NCBI GenBank assembly: GCA_038087875.1
Contig: JAXLNO010000161.1
Coordinates: 124,001 to 175,920 of the forward strand
DNA from: Malacoraja senta
Taxonomy: Eukaryota
Direction of reading: 5' to 3'
DNA: 51,920 nt
Shown: piece after piece, positions 1 to 11,180 of the stretch
How positions within the stretch are numbered: the first letter of the stretch is position 1
Layout of the letters: each line of letters starts with the position of its first letter
The notes under the pieces: model-generated
Databases searched by the model: none
Seen by the model: only the letters and a program-made list of their open reading frames with translations
What the model was told of the DNA's origin: nothing
Made by a program: the position numbers and the translations under genes

Positions 1-200
1 AAGATGCATGGCAGATGCAGTTTAATGTGGATAAATGTGAGGTTATCCACTTTGGTAGCGGAAACAGGAAGGCAGATTATTATCTAAATGGTGTCAAGTT
101 GGGAAAAGGGGAAGTACTACGGGATCTGGGGGACCTTGTTCATCAGTCAATTAAAGTAAGCATGCAGGTACAGCAGGCAGTGAAGAAAGCGAATGGCATG

Positions 201-615
201 CCCCGAGGGTTAGGGTTAGGGCAATAACCAACCTGACCTCCTGGTGGCTCAGCACTTCAACTCCCCCTCCCATTCCGTATCCGACCTCTCTGTCCTGGGT
301 CTCCTCCATGGCCAGAGCGAGCAACATCGGAAATTGGAGGAACAGCACCTCATATTCCGCTTGGGGAGTCTGCATCCAGGGGGCATGAACATTGAATTCT
401 CCCAATTTTGTTAGCCCTTGCTGTCTCCTCCGCTTCCTCAGCCCTCGGGCTGTCTCCTCCCATCCCTCAGCCCTCAGGCTCCTCCTCCGCCTTTTTCCTT
501 TTTTCTCCCCACCCCCCATCAGTCTGAAGAAGGGTTTCGGCCCGAAACGTTGCCTATTTCTTTCGCTCCATAGATGCTGCTGCACCCGCTGAGTTTCTCC
601 AGCATTTTTGTGTAC
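201..615 (+). mobile_element. 5'-truncated Penelope-like element (GIY-YIG C-terminus plus 3' region) with 15-bp TSD
   Basis: Bases 223-414 encode NNQPDLLVAQHFNSPSH...LEEQHLIFRLGSLHPGGMNIEF, the PLE endonuclease end. AAAGCGAATGGCATG is duplicated exactly at 186-200 and 616-630. Confidence 0.9.
520..556 (+). ncRNA. Minimal hammerhead-ribozyme-like motif of the Penelope element
   Basis: CTGAAGA (524-530), then A, GGG-TTTCGG-CCC stem II, GAAA (544-547) and palindromic CGTT. This matches the minimal HHR variants described in PLEs, but stem I is very weak. Confidence 0.6.
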
Positions 616-1279
616 AAAGCGAATGGCATGTTGGCCTTCATAACAAGAGTTGAGTATTGGAGCAAAGATGTCCTTCTGCAGTTGTATAGGTTCCTAGTGA
701 TACTACACCTGGAGTATTGTTTGCAGTTTTGGTCTCCAAATTTGAGGAAGGACATTCTTGCTATTGAGGGAGTGCAGCATAGGTTCACAACGTTAATTCC
801 CGGGATGGCGGGACTGTCGTATGCTGAGAAAATGGAGCAGCTTGCACACACTGGAGTTCAGAAGGACGAGAGGATATCTTATTGAAACATATAAGATTAT
901 TAAGGGTTTGGACATGCTAGAGGCAGGGAACATTTTCCCAATGTTGGGGGAGTCCAGAAACAGAGGTCAAAGTTTAAGAATAAGGGGTAAGCCATTTTGA
1001 ACGGAGATTGGGAAACATTTTTTCACTCAGAGAGTTGTGAGTCTGTGGAATTCTCTGCCTCAGTTGAGAGTGGAGGCCGGTTCTCTGGATACTTTCAAGA
1101 GAGGGCTATATAGGGCTCTTAAAGATAGCGGAGTCGGGGGATATGGGGAGAAGGCAGGAACGGGGTACTTATTGGGGATGATCAGCCATGGTCACATTGA
1201 ATGGTGGTGCTGGTTCGAAGGGCCGAATGGCCTACTCATGCACCTATTGTCTCTTGTCTAATGTCTATTGTATCAGGAC

Positions 1280-1672
1280 TAGACGTGCATTTCACCCTAC
1301 ACTTGCGCTCGGTCTTCCAAGGCCTGCTGGATCTCCCGGTTGCCAACTATTTTAACTCCCCTTCCTACTGCCACACTGATGTTTCTGTCCTGGGCCTCCT
1401 CCATTGCCAGAGTGAGGTGACACGCAAACTGGAGGAACAGCACCTCATACCTTACAGCCTAATGACATGAACATTGAATTCTGCAAATTAAGGAAACTCC
1501 CCCTTCCTAATCAAGTCCTGGAGTCTGTCCCAACCCCATCTCTTTTTTCCAGCTTTCTCCCCCGACTCCATCAGTCCAAAGAAGGGTCCAGACCCGACAC
1601 GTCACCTGTCCATTCCCCTCCAAAGTGCCGGTAGAACTCAGCAGGTCAGCCATCCGTGGTGAGAAACGGATG
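1280..1672 (+). mobile_element. Older degenerate Penelope-like fragment with decayed hammerhead motif and a short inverted terminal piece
   Basis: Encodes HLRSVFQGLLDLPVANYFNSPSYCHTDVSVLGLLHCQSEVTRKLEEQHLI. The decayed motif CAGTCCAAAGAAGGGTCCAGACCCGACACGTC is at ~1571-1603. Bases 1621-1672 resemble the reverse complement of the PLE 3' end at 570-612. Confidence 0.75.
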
Positions 1673-1689
1673 GAGAAATGTTCCCATTA

Positions 1690-2119
1690 CAAGCTCTCCT
1701 TGGCCCTGTCAAGAATGTGGTGTCCATTCTTGGGATGGTATACAAGGTCCGAGCTGACCAGTCATCGACTCCCCCCCTCCCCTCGTGGGCCATCACTTTG
1801 TCATTCCTCTGTCTTCTCGCTGGATGACAAGCAGAACCATCTTGGCTTAACAGTAGATGTATCTTCTTCCTTTTGTCCTTTCGTTTCTGCAGGTATTTAC
1901 AGCGGAATCAAAACTTCTTCCCTTAGGTCCTGATCTTCCTTTTGTTTTAGGCAAGGTAGAACCTTTGACAGTTGCGATTGGTTTAGGATCTTGAATAAGC
2001 CCATGGCGTAAATTTGACATGAACCGTACTTCCTTTTCTATGAAATTCACCAGATCAGGAAGCATGGCCTCTCGATTCTCATTTTCCTCTAAGACTAGCT
2101 TTATCCCTCCACTTTTCTC
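1690..2119 (-). mobile_element. BEL/Pao LTR retrotransposon gag relic, distal part
   Basis: Minus strand reads REKWRDKA...DLVNFIEKEVRFMSNLRHGLIQD, resembling the fish BEL/Pao gag motif KLPxxLRExWR...DxVxFIE...FGxIQD. The left boundary is approximate. Confidence 0.6.
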
Positions 2120-2122
2120 TAA

Positions 2123-2434
2123 AGGACCCGTCCCACTGTACGAGGTAATTCAAGAGTTCTCCCGAGTTTCCCCTGATTCGAACTAGGAGAATTACGGTAA
2201 TAGCCGCTCGTAGGTACTCGGGGCTCTCGTGGACATTTTTCAACATGTTGAAAATTCTTCACGAGTCATCACAAGCTTACCGCGTTTCCCGAGTACCTGC
2301 CGTTAGCGTTACGAGCCGCTAAGAGACGTCCCGAGCTCCGATGTACCCGCTACGTACATTCTACGTGCTTACCATGAGTTTTTTTTTAAACTCGGGAGAG
2401 CTCTTGAATTACCTCGTACAGTGGGACAGGCTCT
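2123..2434. mobile_element. Non-autonomous PIF/Harbinger-type MITE
   Basis: ~45-bp TIRs AGGACCCGTCCCACTGTACGAGGTAATTCAAGAGTTCTCCCGAGTT and its near-perfect reverse complement. TAA TSD at 2120-2122 and 2435-2437. Confidence 0.88.
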
Positions 2435-2437
2435 TAA

Positions 2438-2733
2438 GGCATGGCAAGGCAAGGCAAGGCAAGTTTATTTGTATAGCACCTTTCAACCACAAGGTAATTC
2501 AAAGTGCTTTACATAAAACATTTAAAGCATTTGAAAGAAACGCATATAAAATGACATTTAGATATAAAATGATTATTAGATTATTCAGATAAAATAATTA
2601 CAAAATTAAAAACAATCAAATAAAATATTTAAAATAGAATAAAACCAGGAATAGAAGTTACAGTGCAGTATAGGTAATTAATAAATTGTATTGTTTACTG
2701 AAAGGCAGCGGCAAACAGAAAAGTATTCAGTCT
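2438..2733 (-). mobile_element. L2 LINE 3' end
   Basis: Minus strand gives RLNTFLFAAAFQ* (L2 ORF2 end), the 3' box TGTAAAGCACTTTGAA...AAAGGTGCTATACAAATAAA and a (CCTTG)n tail. Confidence 0.8.
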
Positions 2734-2734
2734 C

Positions 2735-2767
<33 letters not shown>

Positions 2768-2782
2768 GTTTCTCTCTCTGTC

Positions 2783-2965
2783 TTAAGTCTCTGGGGCAGT
2801 TTTAGAGTGATCATTTTCATATTTCTAACAAAATTCATTCCTTGCATGTGGTCTAAGAGGGTAGTCATTTCTTTCATACTTCTAAGAAATATCGCAAACT
2901 CCCGCAATGCTTTCGCATCTTCTGGCTGGATAGCTGTCCAAGGATACGCCTTCTTCATGAGAATG
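2783..2965 (-). mobile_element. BEL/Pao gag relic, proximal part
   Basis: MKKAYPWTAIQPEDAKALREFAIFLR...NMKMITLKLPQRL rejoins in frame with REKWR at 2119 once the nested inserts are removed. Confidence 0.7.
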
Positions 2966-3014
2966 TCTTTGGATCATGGAAGTTTAAAGGGACTTTTATG
3001 TAGTGTGTCGGCAG

Positions 3015-3259
3015 TGAGCGGCGACTGCGGAAGGTTCAACAGCCCCGACCGCGGGTGAACAAAAGGGGAAGATGATTGAACTTTATTACCTTCCATCACA
3101 GTGAGGAATGTGGATTCCGCTGTGGTGGATGTTTATGTTAGATTTTATTTTATGTGGCTGTGTGTCTTGATGCTTTTTACTCAGTATGGCTGTATGGTAA
3201 CTCAAATATCACTGTACCTTAATTGGTGCATGTGACAATAAATACCAACTTGAACTTGA
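3015..3259 (+). mobile_element. Non-LTR retroposon 3' end (Rex/Babar-like tail or associated SINE)
   Basis: Ends in CACTGTACCTTAATTGGTGCATGTGACAATAAA followed by an (ACTTGA)n tail. The family assignment is tentative. Confidence 0.5.
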
Positions 3260-3514
3260 TCAGCTTTCGTCTATATATTTTAAAAAAGGATAATGCTGAC
3301 GGCTTGATTTCAAAGACAGGACAGGGGCATTCCCTGAGGGATTCGAGTGGTTGGAAGAGGTTTCTTCTGTGTTTTTCCCCTCTGTTGTTGTCCGGGGAGG
3401 AATGCGGCGGCACTGGGCCTTTAGGGGCTAGGATGCGCGGGAGGAAGGCTGAGCTTGGATTGAGGCTTGGAAGGCTGAGCTCGCCTCCCCTGCCCCGACC
3501 CGCATCCTGTCCAC

Positions 3515-3552
3515 CACGGAGGGGGAAGCGAGCAAACTCCACACGGACAGCG
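3515..3552 (-). mobile_element. V-SINE core remnant
   Basis: Reverse complement GCTGTCCGTGTGGAGTTTGCTCGCTTCCCC resembles the V-SINE core TGTGTGGAGTTTGCACGTTCTCCCC. The match is very short. Confidence 0.4.
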
Positions 3553-4006
3553 TTGGTGTTCTTCCACCCCCACTCACCCCCTCATTCCTCACTCTCCCAC
3601 TCATCCCCCACTCTCCCCCTCATCCGCCACTCTCCCCCTCAGCCCCCACTCTCCCCCTCACCCCTGCACTGACCCACCATTTCCCTCCCCTTTCCCCTCC
3701 CCCCCTTCCCCTTACCCCCCCACTGACCCACCACTCACTCCCCCATCCCCACGTCACTCCCCCCCCACTGATCCACCCACTCCCCTCCCCCTTCAGGCAC
3801 CAGTAATGTTGACGCGTTAGTAATGTCCTGTTTGCCAGCTTGTTGACCCTCTATGTTCCTCTCCTGCAGGGTATAGGAGCCGTTGCTGTGGACGGAGAGA
3901 CGGGGACGTGAGCGGCCATTGAGGGCGGCCAGGGTGCCGGTGAGCCCCCCCCCCATCTGGTTGGGGAGTAGTGTCGGGGATGAGGGGAGTGGGAGCGGTC
4001 CGGACT

Positions 4007-4073
4007 GAGAGAGAGAGACAGAGATAGAAAGAGAGACAGACAGACAGACAGAGAGGCAGACAGAGACAGACAT

Positions 4074-4123
<50 letters not shown>

Positions 4124-4251
4124 TGACAGACAGACAGACAGAGACAGAGAGAGATAGAAAGAGAGAGACAGAGAGAGAGAGTGAGAGACAGAGAGAAACA
4201 GAGAGAGAGACAGACAGACAGAGAGAGTGAGAGACAGAGAGAGAGACAGTG

Positions 4252-4284
<33 letters not shown>

Positions 4285-4402
4285 TGAGAGACAGAGAGAG
4301 AGACAGAGTGAGGCAGAGACAGATGCAGCGAGAGAGAGCGGGAGAGAGACACGGCGAGAGGGAGAGAGAGACAGAGAGGGAGAGACAGACACTCAGAGAG
4401 AT

Positions 4403-4453
<51 letters not shown>

Positions 4454-5433
4454 TGAGAAAGGGACAGAGAGATGAGAGAGAGAAAGAAAGAAAGAGGGAG
4501 GGAGACAGAGAGAGAGAGAGTGTGTGGGACAGAGAGACAGAGAGCACAGAAAGCACACAGAGATGGAGAGATAGACAGAGAGAGAGACAGTGAGAGAGAG
4601 GGAGAGAGACAGAGGGAGAGACAGAGAGAGAGACGGAGAGAGAGAGAGAGAAACAGATAGAGAGACAGAGAGAGAGAGATGGAGAGAGACACAGAGGGAG
4701 ACTGAGACAGAGAGTGGCAGCGAGAGAGATAGGGAGAGAGATAGACAGAGACACAGACGCAGACACAGATAGACAGAGAGAGAGACAAAGAGAGAGACAA
4801 AGAGAGAGACAGAGAGAGACAGAGAGAGAGAGAGAGATGAAGAGAGACAGAGAGAAAGCCAGAGACAGAGAGACACAGAGAGAGAGACAGAGAGACAGAG
4901 AGAGACACAGAGAGAGAGGGAGACAGAGAGAGAGAGAGAAAGAGAGACAGAGAGAGAGACAGAGAGAAACAGAGAGACAGAGAGATAGAGAGGGAGACAG
5001 AGAGAGACAGAGAGAGACAAAGAGAGACGGAGACAGAGAGGGTCGGAGGAAGTCAGAGAGAGAGACAGAGTGAGGGAGACATAGAGAGGCGAGGGGGTGA
5101 AGGGGGTGAGTGTGTGGGGGTGTAGGGGACAGAGAGAGGGAGAGAGACAGACTCAGAGAGAGAGACAGAGAGACAGAGAGAGACACTGAGAGAGGGAGGG
5201 AGACAGAGAGAGATACAGAGAGAGAGGCAGAGGGAGAAAGACAGACAGACTCAGAGAGAGAGAGAGCGAATGAGAGAGAAACAGAGAATGAGCGGCAGAG
5301 AGATGAGAGAGAGAGACTCAGTGAGAAAGAAAGAAAAAAGGGAGAGAGAGTGGGAAAGAGGGAGAGAGACATAGAGCAACACAGAGAGAGGCAGCGAGAG
5401 AAAGAGAGAGAGAGAAAGAGCGAGAGACAGACT
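4007..5433. repeat. Degenerate (AG)n/(AGAC)n microsatellite, resuming at 10177-10520 after the Gypsy insertion
   Basis: Directly visible. It is the source of the SLSL and RERE pseudo-ORFs. Confidence 0.97.
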
Positions 5434-5644
5434 TGTAAAGACTGTTCAAACACATAGTGTCTTCACTCTAGTTTATTGCATACATTGTATTCGTATACAC
5501 ACATATTGCCCCTAGCTGTTCGTGGTCCGTTACCGGAGCTAGAGAGCGAGCTAGGGGTGGGAAGGTTACATTTATACTAAAGCTAATGGGGAGTGGTTAG
5601 TAGTAGTGAGGTCATTATGTTAAAGGAACATGCACGGCTCTACA
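5434..5644 (-). repeat. 3' LTR of Gypsy family A (211 bp)
   Basis: Direct repeat of 9960-10171. Minus-strand TATAAA at 5571-5576 and AATAAA at 5472-5477. Confidence 0.96.
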
Positions 5645-5748
5645 TCCTTCCCCTTGAAAAGGGAAACATAGCAATGATGACAGTGAGACCACGACTCATA
5701 CGCTAGGCACAAACCCGCGCGTACATCGTCAGGAAAAACTTGAAACAT

Positions 5749-8700
5749 TCAAGCAAACTCCCCGTAACGTTCAGGCGGCTTGACCAGACGCCCGGAGCGG
5801 GTATGCAGCCCGCCTCCCCCCCCCTCCGAAGGTAGAGCAGGTACCGGGGCAGGAGTGGCGATAGGTGGGCCGAAAGGGGAGTGAGCAGGAGAGGGAGTAC
5901 GAGGAGACCGGGGAGGAGACAAGGGCACCGCAACGGGCACGCGAGCGGGAGAGGGCTGACTGGGGGGGCCAGGAGGAGCAGCGGGAGAACGGTGCGCCAA
6001 GGGTCGCGAGGGCAGAGGAGCGGGAGGCAACGAGGTGGCAACCGGGGGAGCAAAAGGGGCTGTGGGAGGCGGAGCGGGCTCGTTGACCGGCAGCAAATGC
6101 CGGCGGGACCGGCGGTAGATAGTGCCCTCGTAGTCAACCAGGTAAGAGCGCGGAGAGTCGGCAAAGCCGATGACAACAACCAAGCGGTGGTGTCCGGAGG
6201 GGGACTGCATCCGGACGACCTGGCCCTTGAAGAGGGGCTGAAGGGGACGGCATGACTTGTCGTGGGAGCGCTTCTGGACGACCTGTTTCTGGGTAATACG
6301 CTTCTGGACAGCAGCAGGGCTGCGGACTGCGGGCCGTAGGGACCGCCGGGAGACAGGGATCGGAGGGCGAGTGGTGCGGGACATGAGCCGCTGAGCGGGT
6401 GAGCCCATGGCAGGGTCGCGACTAATATTTCGGAGATTCAGTAGAGCGAGATAAAAATCCGAATGCGACAGTCTGCAATGTTCCAGCAGCTCCTTGGCAC
6501 TGCGGACGGCGCGCTCAGCAAGGCCGTTGCTCTGCGGGTACTCCGGGCTGCTGGTGATGTGGCGAAAGTTGTAGGCGGCGGCGAATGCGCGGAACTCAGC
6601 ACTCGTGAACTGGCCCCCGTTGTCAGACTGCACAGTCACAGGAATGCCAAAGGACGCAAAGAGGGGTTGCAACTTCCCGATGACCGCAGCAGAAGTGAGG
6701 GAGTGCAGACGCACAATCTCGAACCAGCTGGAGTAAGAGTCGACCAGGACCAGGAAATGTTTGCCACGCCACTCAAATATGTCCGTAGCGACCGCCATCC
6801 ACGCCAGGGCGGGGGCAGGCTGTTGCAGGAGTGGCTGGCGTTGCTGGTGCGGAGAGAGCGTATTGCAGGTTGAGCAGGCAGAGACCCTCTCCCGGATGTC
6901 CTGTGCCATGCCGGGCCAATAAAATTGGCTCTGGGCCTGGGACAGGGTGGCATCAGCTCCGGGATGGTCGTTGTGGGCAGTTTGGAAATAGTGGTCCCGC
7001 AGAGCAGCAGGCACCACAACCTTGTGGCCCTTTACCACCACGCCGTCCTGCAGCACAAGTTCGTCCCGGACCAGGAAGTAGGGCGTAGCACCAGCCGGCA
7101 AGGGCGAGCGACGGTCAGGCCAGCCGCGACGGATGACGTCCATAAGCTGTTGCAGGGCAGGATCATTGGCAGTGTGGTGAATCAGGGACTGCATCTGCTG
7201 GGAAGGCATGAAGTTGACGTTCAGCACCATCAGGTCGGATGACTCGTACGGGTGGCGGGCAGTAGAAGCCAGCGGTGCGCGGGACAGCGTGTCGGCCACA
7301 AACATGTCCTTGCCCTTGCGGTACACGATCTGAAACGTAAAGCGTTGGAGTTGCAGCATCATACGCTGCAAACGGGAAGAGGCAACGTGGATCGGTTTGT
7401 TCAAGATCGTGACCAGCGGCTGGTGGTCGGTTTCGATAGTGAAGGTATTACCCAGAATGTAGTCCCTGAACTTCGAGCAGGCGAACACCACGCAAGGAGC
7501 TCCTTCTCGATCTGAGCGTAGCGTTGCTCGGTGGGAGTCATGGTGCGGGAGGCGTATTAGACAGGTAGTTGCAGGCGGTCGTGGATCTGCAGGCAGGCGG
7601 CACCGAGACCGAAACTTGATGCATCGCAGGTAATGATGATAGGGCGCTTTAAGTCGAAGAACTTCAGAGTGGGGGTGCGAACCAGCCGGGATTTTAAGTC
7701 ATCGAAGGCTGCCTGATGCAGCGGGTACCAAACCCAGGCAGTGTCCATCTTGGTCAGTTCCCTCAGGGGCGCACTCAGCTCGCTGAGGTCGGGAATACAT
7801 TTCCCCAGGTAGTTCATCATGCCCAGGAAGCGCTGCAGGCTTGGCACGTTGACCGGAGCTGGCATCTCTGAGACCGCAGCTGTCTTCTGTGGGTCTGGTT
7901 TCAGACCCTCAGCCGTAAAAACGTGGCCCACGTAGGTGACCTCCGGGACGCGGAAACGGCACTTCTTGGGGTTCAGTTTGAGGTTGATCTCCCGAGCCCG
8001 ATCCAGGACCAGGCGGAGGTGGAGGTCGTGCTCAGCGACGTCCCTCCCGTACACCAAGATGTCATCGACGATGATAGCACACGGCAGACCTGCAAATAGC
8101 TGTTCCATGGTGCGCTGGAAAACCTCGCTGGCAGAATTGATCCCGAAAGGCATGCGGAGGAAACGGAACCTGCCGAAAGGTGTACCAAACGTGGTCAGTA
8201 AAGATGAACGTTCATCCAGCGGAATCTGCCAGAAAGAGTTCTTGGCATCGAGGACAGAGAATACAGTGGCTGGGCCAACCTTTGCAGCGACATCCTCCAC
8301 CGTTCGCATGGGGTAGTGCGGGCGCTTGATGGCAAGGTTTAGGTCCTTGGGGTTGATACAGATCCGAATCTCACTCTTGTCCTTCTTAGCAGCAACGACC
8401 ATGGTGGAGACCCACCGGGTGGCATCACTCACCTCCTTGATGATGCCCATGGCCACCATCTGGCGTAGAGTGGACTCCACCTTGTCCTTCATAGCAAAGG
8501 AGACGCGGTGAGGCGGGCGGACTACCGGATGGACCTCCGGGTCCACCTCGATTTCGTACTTGCAGGGTAGTTTGCCCAATACACCGTCAAAACGGTCGGG
8601 GTACTCGCGCATGGGATCCATGGGGGTCTGCACCGGGTGGATGTCGTGGTGGAAGGACACCAAATCGAGGTCCTGGCACGCACTGGCGCCCAACAGAGTA

Positions 8701-9867
8701 ACATTCTCAGATTCCAGCAGATGGAAAGTGAGGGGCCGAGAGGCCTTCAGAACTGAGTAGATAAGGGTGGCCTTGCCGACTGGGAATAGCATGCTCCCCC
8801 CATATGCACGGAGGCGGGAGTGATCAGCGGTAATGTTCTCACCAGCTCTTATCTGCTGAAAAAGGCTTAACGACATAACATTCGTAAACGCCCCCGTCTC
8901 TACCTTAGCAGAGAAGGTCTTCCCATTCACAGTAACTCGAACTGATGGATCAGCTATCAAAGCATGTGCACCCAGGACTGAAAAAACAAGTGATTCATCA
9001 TGGGAGGAGCTGTCATCAGAATCAGGGAGTTCGACTGGAAGGTATTCGGAGCCATAAACACTATCAGTAGCAGTCAGGTTGTGTAGACTCTTCCTCTGAG
9101 CAGAGACAGGCTGGCCCCTGGAACGGCACACTGCGGAGAAGTGATTAAGCTTCCTACACAAATTACAAGTCTTACCCAGAGCAGGGCAAACATCAAATTG
9201 ATGATTGACAAAGTTGCAGTTTGGGCATCGGCGAGGGTTGACCCTCGCAGGCGCGGGAGTGCTACGCTGGCGTGGCGGGCCATCGCGCCATTGGGCGTCC
9301 AGCAGCACCGGCATAGTTAATGTCCTCAGCTTCAGGGGGAGATACGGCGTCGACAGCAGCAGACATGCGAGAGGCATGCAAAGCGTCGTTTAAAGTGAGG
9401 TCCGGCTTTCTCAGAAGCTCAGCCCGTAGCTTCGCGTCCTGTAGACCGTGAACTAGGACATCTCTGACCATCTGGTCGGGGGTCAACGTCTCCAGGTGGC
9501 AACGCCGGGCCAGGTGACGCAACGATGCCACGAAGGTGTCGATGTGCTCCCCGGGTTTCTGGCGCCTCCTGAAAAACTTGAACCGCTCTATAATGCAATT
9601 GGTGGGAATGTCACACAGCGCGGCAAATTTATTGATGAGACATACGGGGTCCTCTGCATGCTCACCATCGGCGTACTCAAAAGATTCAAAACGTTCCATG
9701 GCCTCCGGGCCAGCCAGGTTGAGGAGCAGATGTGCTGTAACCGCAGGGGTAATATTGGGATGAGCGATGGCGACATAGTGCTGGAAGTCGCGCCGGAAAA
9801 TAGTCCACCGGTGGACGATGTCGGAGTCAAACACCAGAACGTCAGGCTTTCGACACGAGCTGGCCAT
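5749..9867 (-). pseudogene. Gypsy gag-pol polyprotein, interrupted (reconstructed ~1372 aa)
   Basis: ATG at 9867 (MASSCRKPD). Contains two Cys/His knuckles, protease VETGA (Asp to Glu), RT LDAKNSFWQ...MPFG...IVDDILV, RNase H TDHQPL/ADTLSR, and integrase HHCC plus DDE (SDNG, SNGLAER). Lesions: +1 near 9291, stop at 7557, -1 near 7491. Confidence 0.93.
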
Positions 9868-9959
9868 AGTACATAAATAGTTGGAAAGGAAAATAAACAC
9901 TTGGAGAAAAGAAAACAAACCCGATGAACAGGAGACGCAGGGTTAACTTCTTGACACCA

Positions 9960-10171
9960 TGTAAAGACTGTTCAAACACATAGTGTCTTCACTCTAGTTT
10001 ATTGCATACATTGTATTCGTATACACACATATTGCATTCTAGCTGTTCGTGGTCCGTTACCGGAGCTAGAGAGCGAGCTAGGGGTGGGAAGGTTACATTT
10101 ATACTAAAGCTAATGGGGAGTGGTTGGTAGTAGTGAGGTCATTATGTTAAAGGAACATGCACGGCTCTACA
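9960..10171 (-). repeat. 5' LTR of Gypsy family A (212 bp)
   Basis: Matches 5434-5644 except CATTC vs CCCC and one substitution. The PBS is adjacent. Confidence 0.96.
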
Positions 10172-10352
10172 AGACTCAGACACAGAGAGTGAGAGAGAGA
10201 GACAGACAGACAGAGAGGGTCAGAGAAAGAGTCAGAGAGAGACAGTGAGAGACAGAGTGAAATAGAAAAAGAGGGAGAGAAAGAGGGAGAGAATGAGAGA
10301 GAGAGAGAGACAGAGAGAGTGAGATACAGAGAGTGGGACAGAGAGAGAGTGG

Positions 10353-10425
<73 letters not shown>

Positions 10426-10444
10426 GGAGACAGAGAGAGGCAGC

Positions 10445-10488
<44 letters not shown>

Positions 10489-10690
10489 AAGAGCGAGAGA
10501 CTCAGAAAGAGAGAGACAGACCTACTCATGGCCTCTGGACTCACTCACTGCCTTGGGACTAACTCGTGGTCTCTGGACTGACTGACTCACTCAATCATGG
10601 CCTCTGGACTGACAGACTGAATCACTGCTTGTGGACTGACTGACGTATGCCCGACTTCTGGAGTCACGTCCGACTTTTGTAAACTGAAAA

Positions 10691-10800
10691 CTGTAACATC
10701 CACATTGAGGAACAGCTTCTTCCTGACATCCATCAGGCTATTAAACATAACAAATAAGGTCTGAACTACAAAAGACTATATTCTTCGTACTATTTGTTAT
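10691..10800 (+). mobile_element. Short Rex1/Babar-like LINE ORF end (duplicate at ~23719-23827)
   Basis: Encodes TSTLRNSFFLTSIRLLN, resembling the Rex1 C-terminal motif RLRNSFFPxAIRLLN. Confidence 0.55.
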
Positions 10801-10807
10801 TTGTTGA

Positions 10808-11180
10808 TCACACACACACCCTCCACACACACAGACACTCACACACACAGACACACACACTCACACACAGACTCACACCCACACTCACACACACACACAA
10901 ACACACACAGACTCCCACACACATATATATACACACACACACAGACACACACACAGACACAGACACTCACGCACACACACATACACACACACACACAGAC
11001 TCACACACACACACAAACCCTGAGACACACACACACACAGACTCACACACACAGACCCTCAGAGACACACACACACACACACTCACACACGGACACACAG
11101 ACACAGACTCTCACGCACACACATAAACACCCACACACACTCTCACACACACATACACACACACACACACATATATATAT
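10808..11180. repeat. Compound (CA)n microsatellite, resuming at 12125-12447 after the TIR element
   Basis: Directly visible. It is the source of the HTHT and VCVC pseudo-ORFs. Confidence 0.96.

Larger units (their letters stand above)
1..1271 (+). mobile_element. CR1 LINE 3' fragment (ORF2 C-terminus plus 3' UTR), interrupted at 201-615 by a Penelope insertion
   Basis: Translation [13 protein letters not shown]...KKANGM|LAFITR...HLEYCLQFWSP...LWNSLP...GYGEKAG is the CR1 ORF2 tail. It ends in GGGCCGAATGGCCTACT plus an (ATTGTCT)-like tail and carries frameshifts. Confidence 0.93.
5434..10171 (-). mobile_element. Full-length Ty3/Gypsy LTR retrotransposon, Mag-like (family A)
   Basis: TG...CA LTRs at 5434-5644 and 9960-10171, and 5-bp TSD AGACT (5429-5433, 10172-10176). 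PBS TGGTGTCAAGAAGT (tRNA-Leu-like) abuts the 5' LTR and PPT AAGGGGAAGGA is at 5645-5655. Domain order is gag-PR-RT-RH-IN. Confidence 0.97.

Noticed and set aside
3219..3672. 107-aa and 149-aa ORFs as host genes or the missing last exon
   Set aside because: They have no recognisable domain or TM4-like segment, and they overlap a retroposon tail, a V-SINE remnant and a C-rich low-complexity tract.
3735..5453. Long SLSL/RERE ORFs, and the HTHT/VCVC ORFs at 10794-14386 and 23821-27543
   Set aside because: These are translations of (AG)n and (CA)n microsatellites, open in several frames at once.
5645..5748. env-like gene or extra ORF in the Gypsy elements
   Set aside because: Only ~100 bp or less separates the pol stop from the 3' LTR in both families. 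The plus-strand ORFs are antisense shadows of GC-rich pol.
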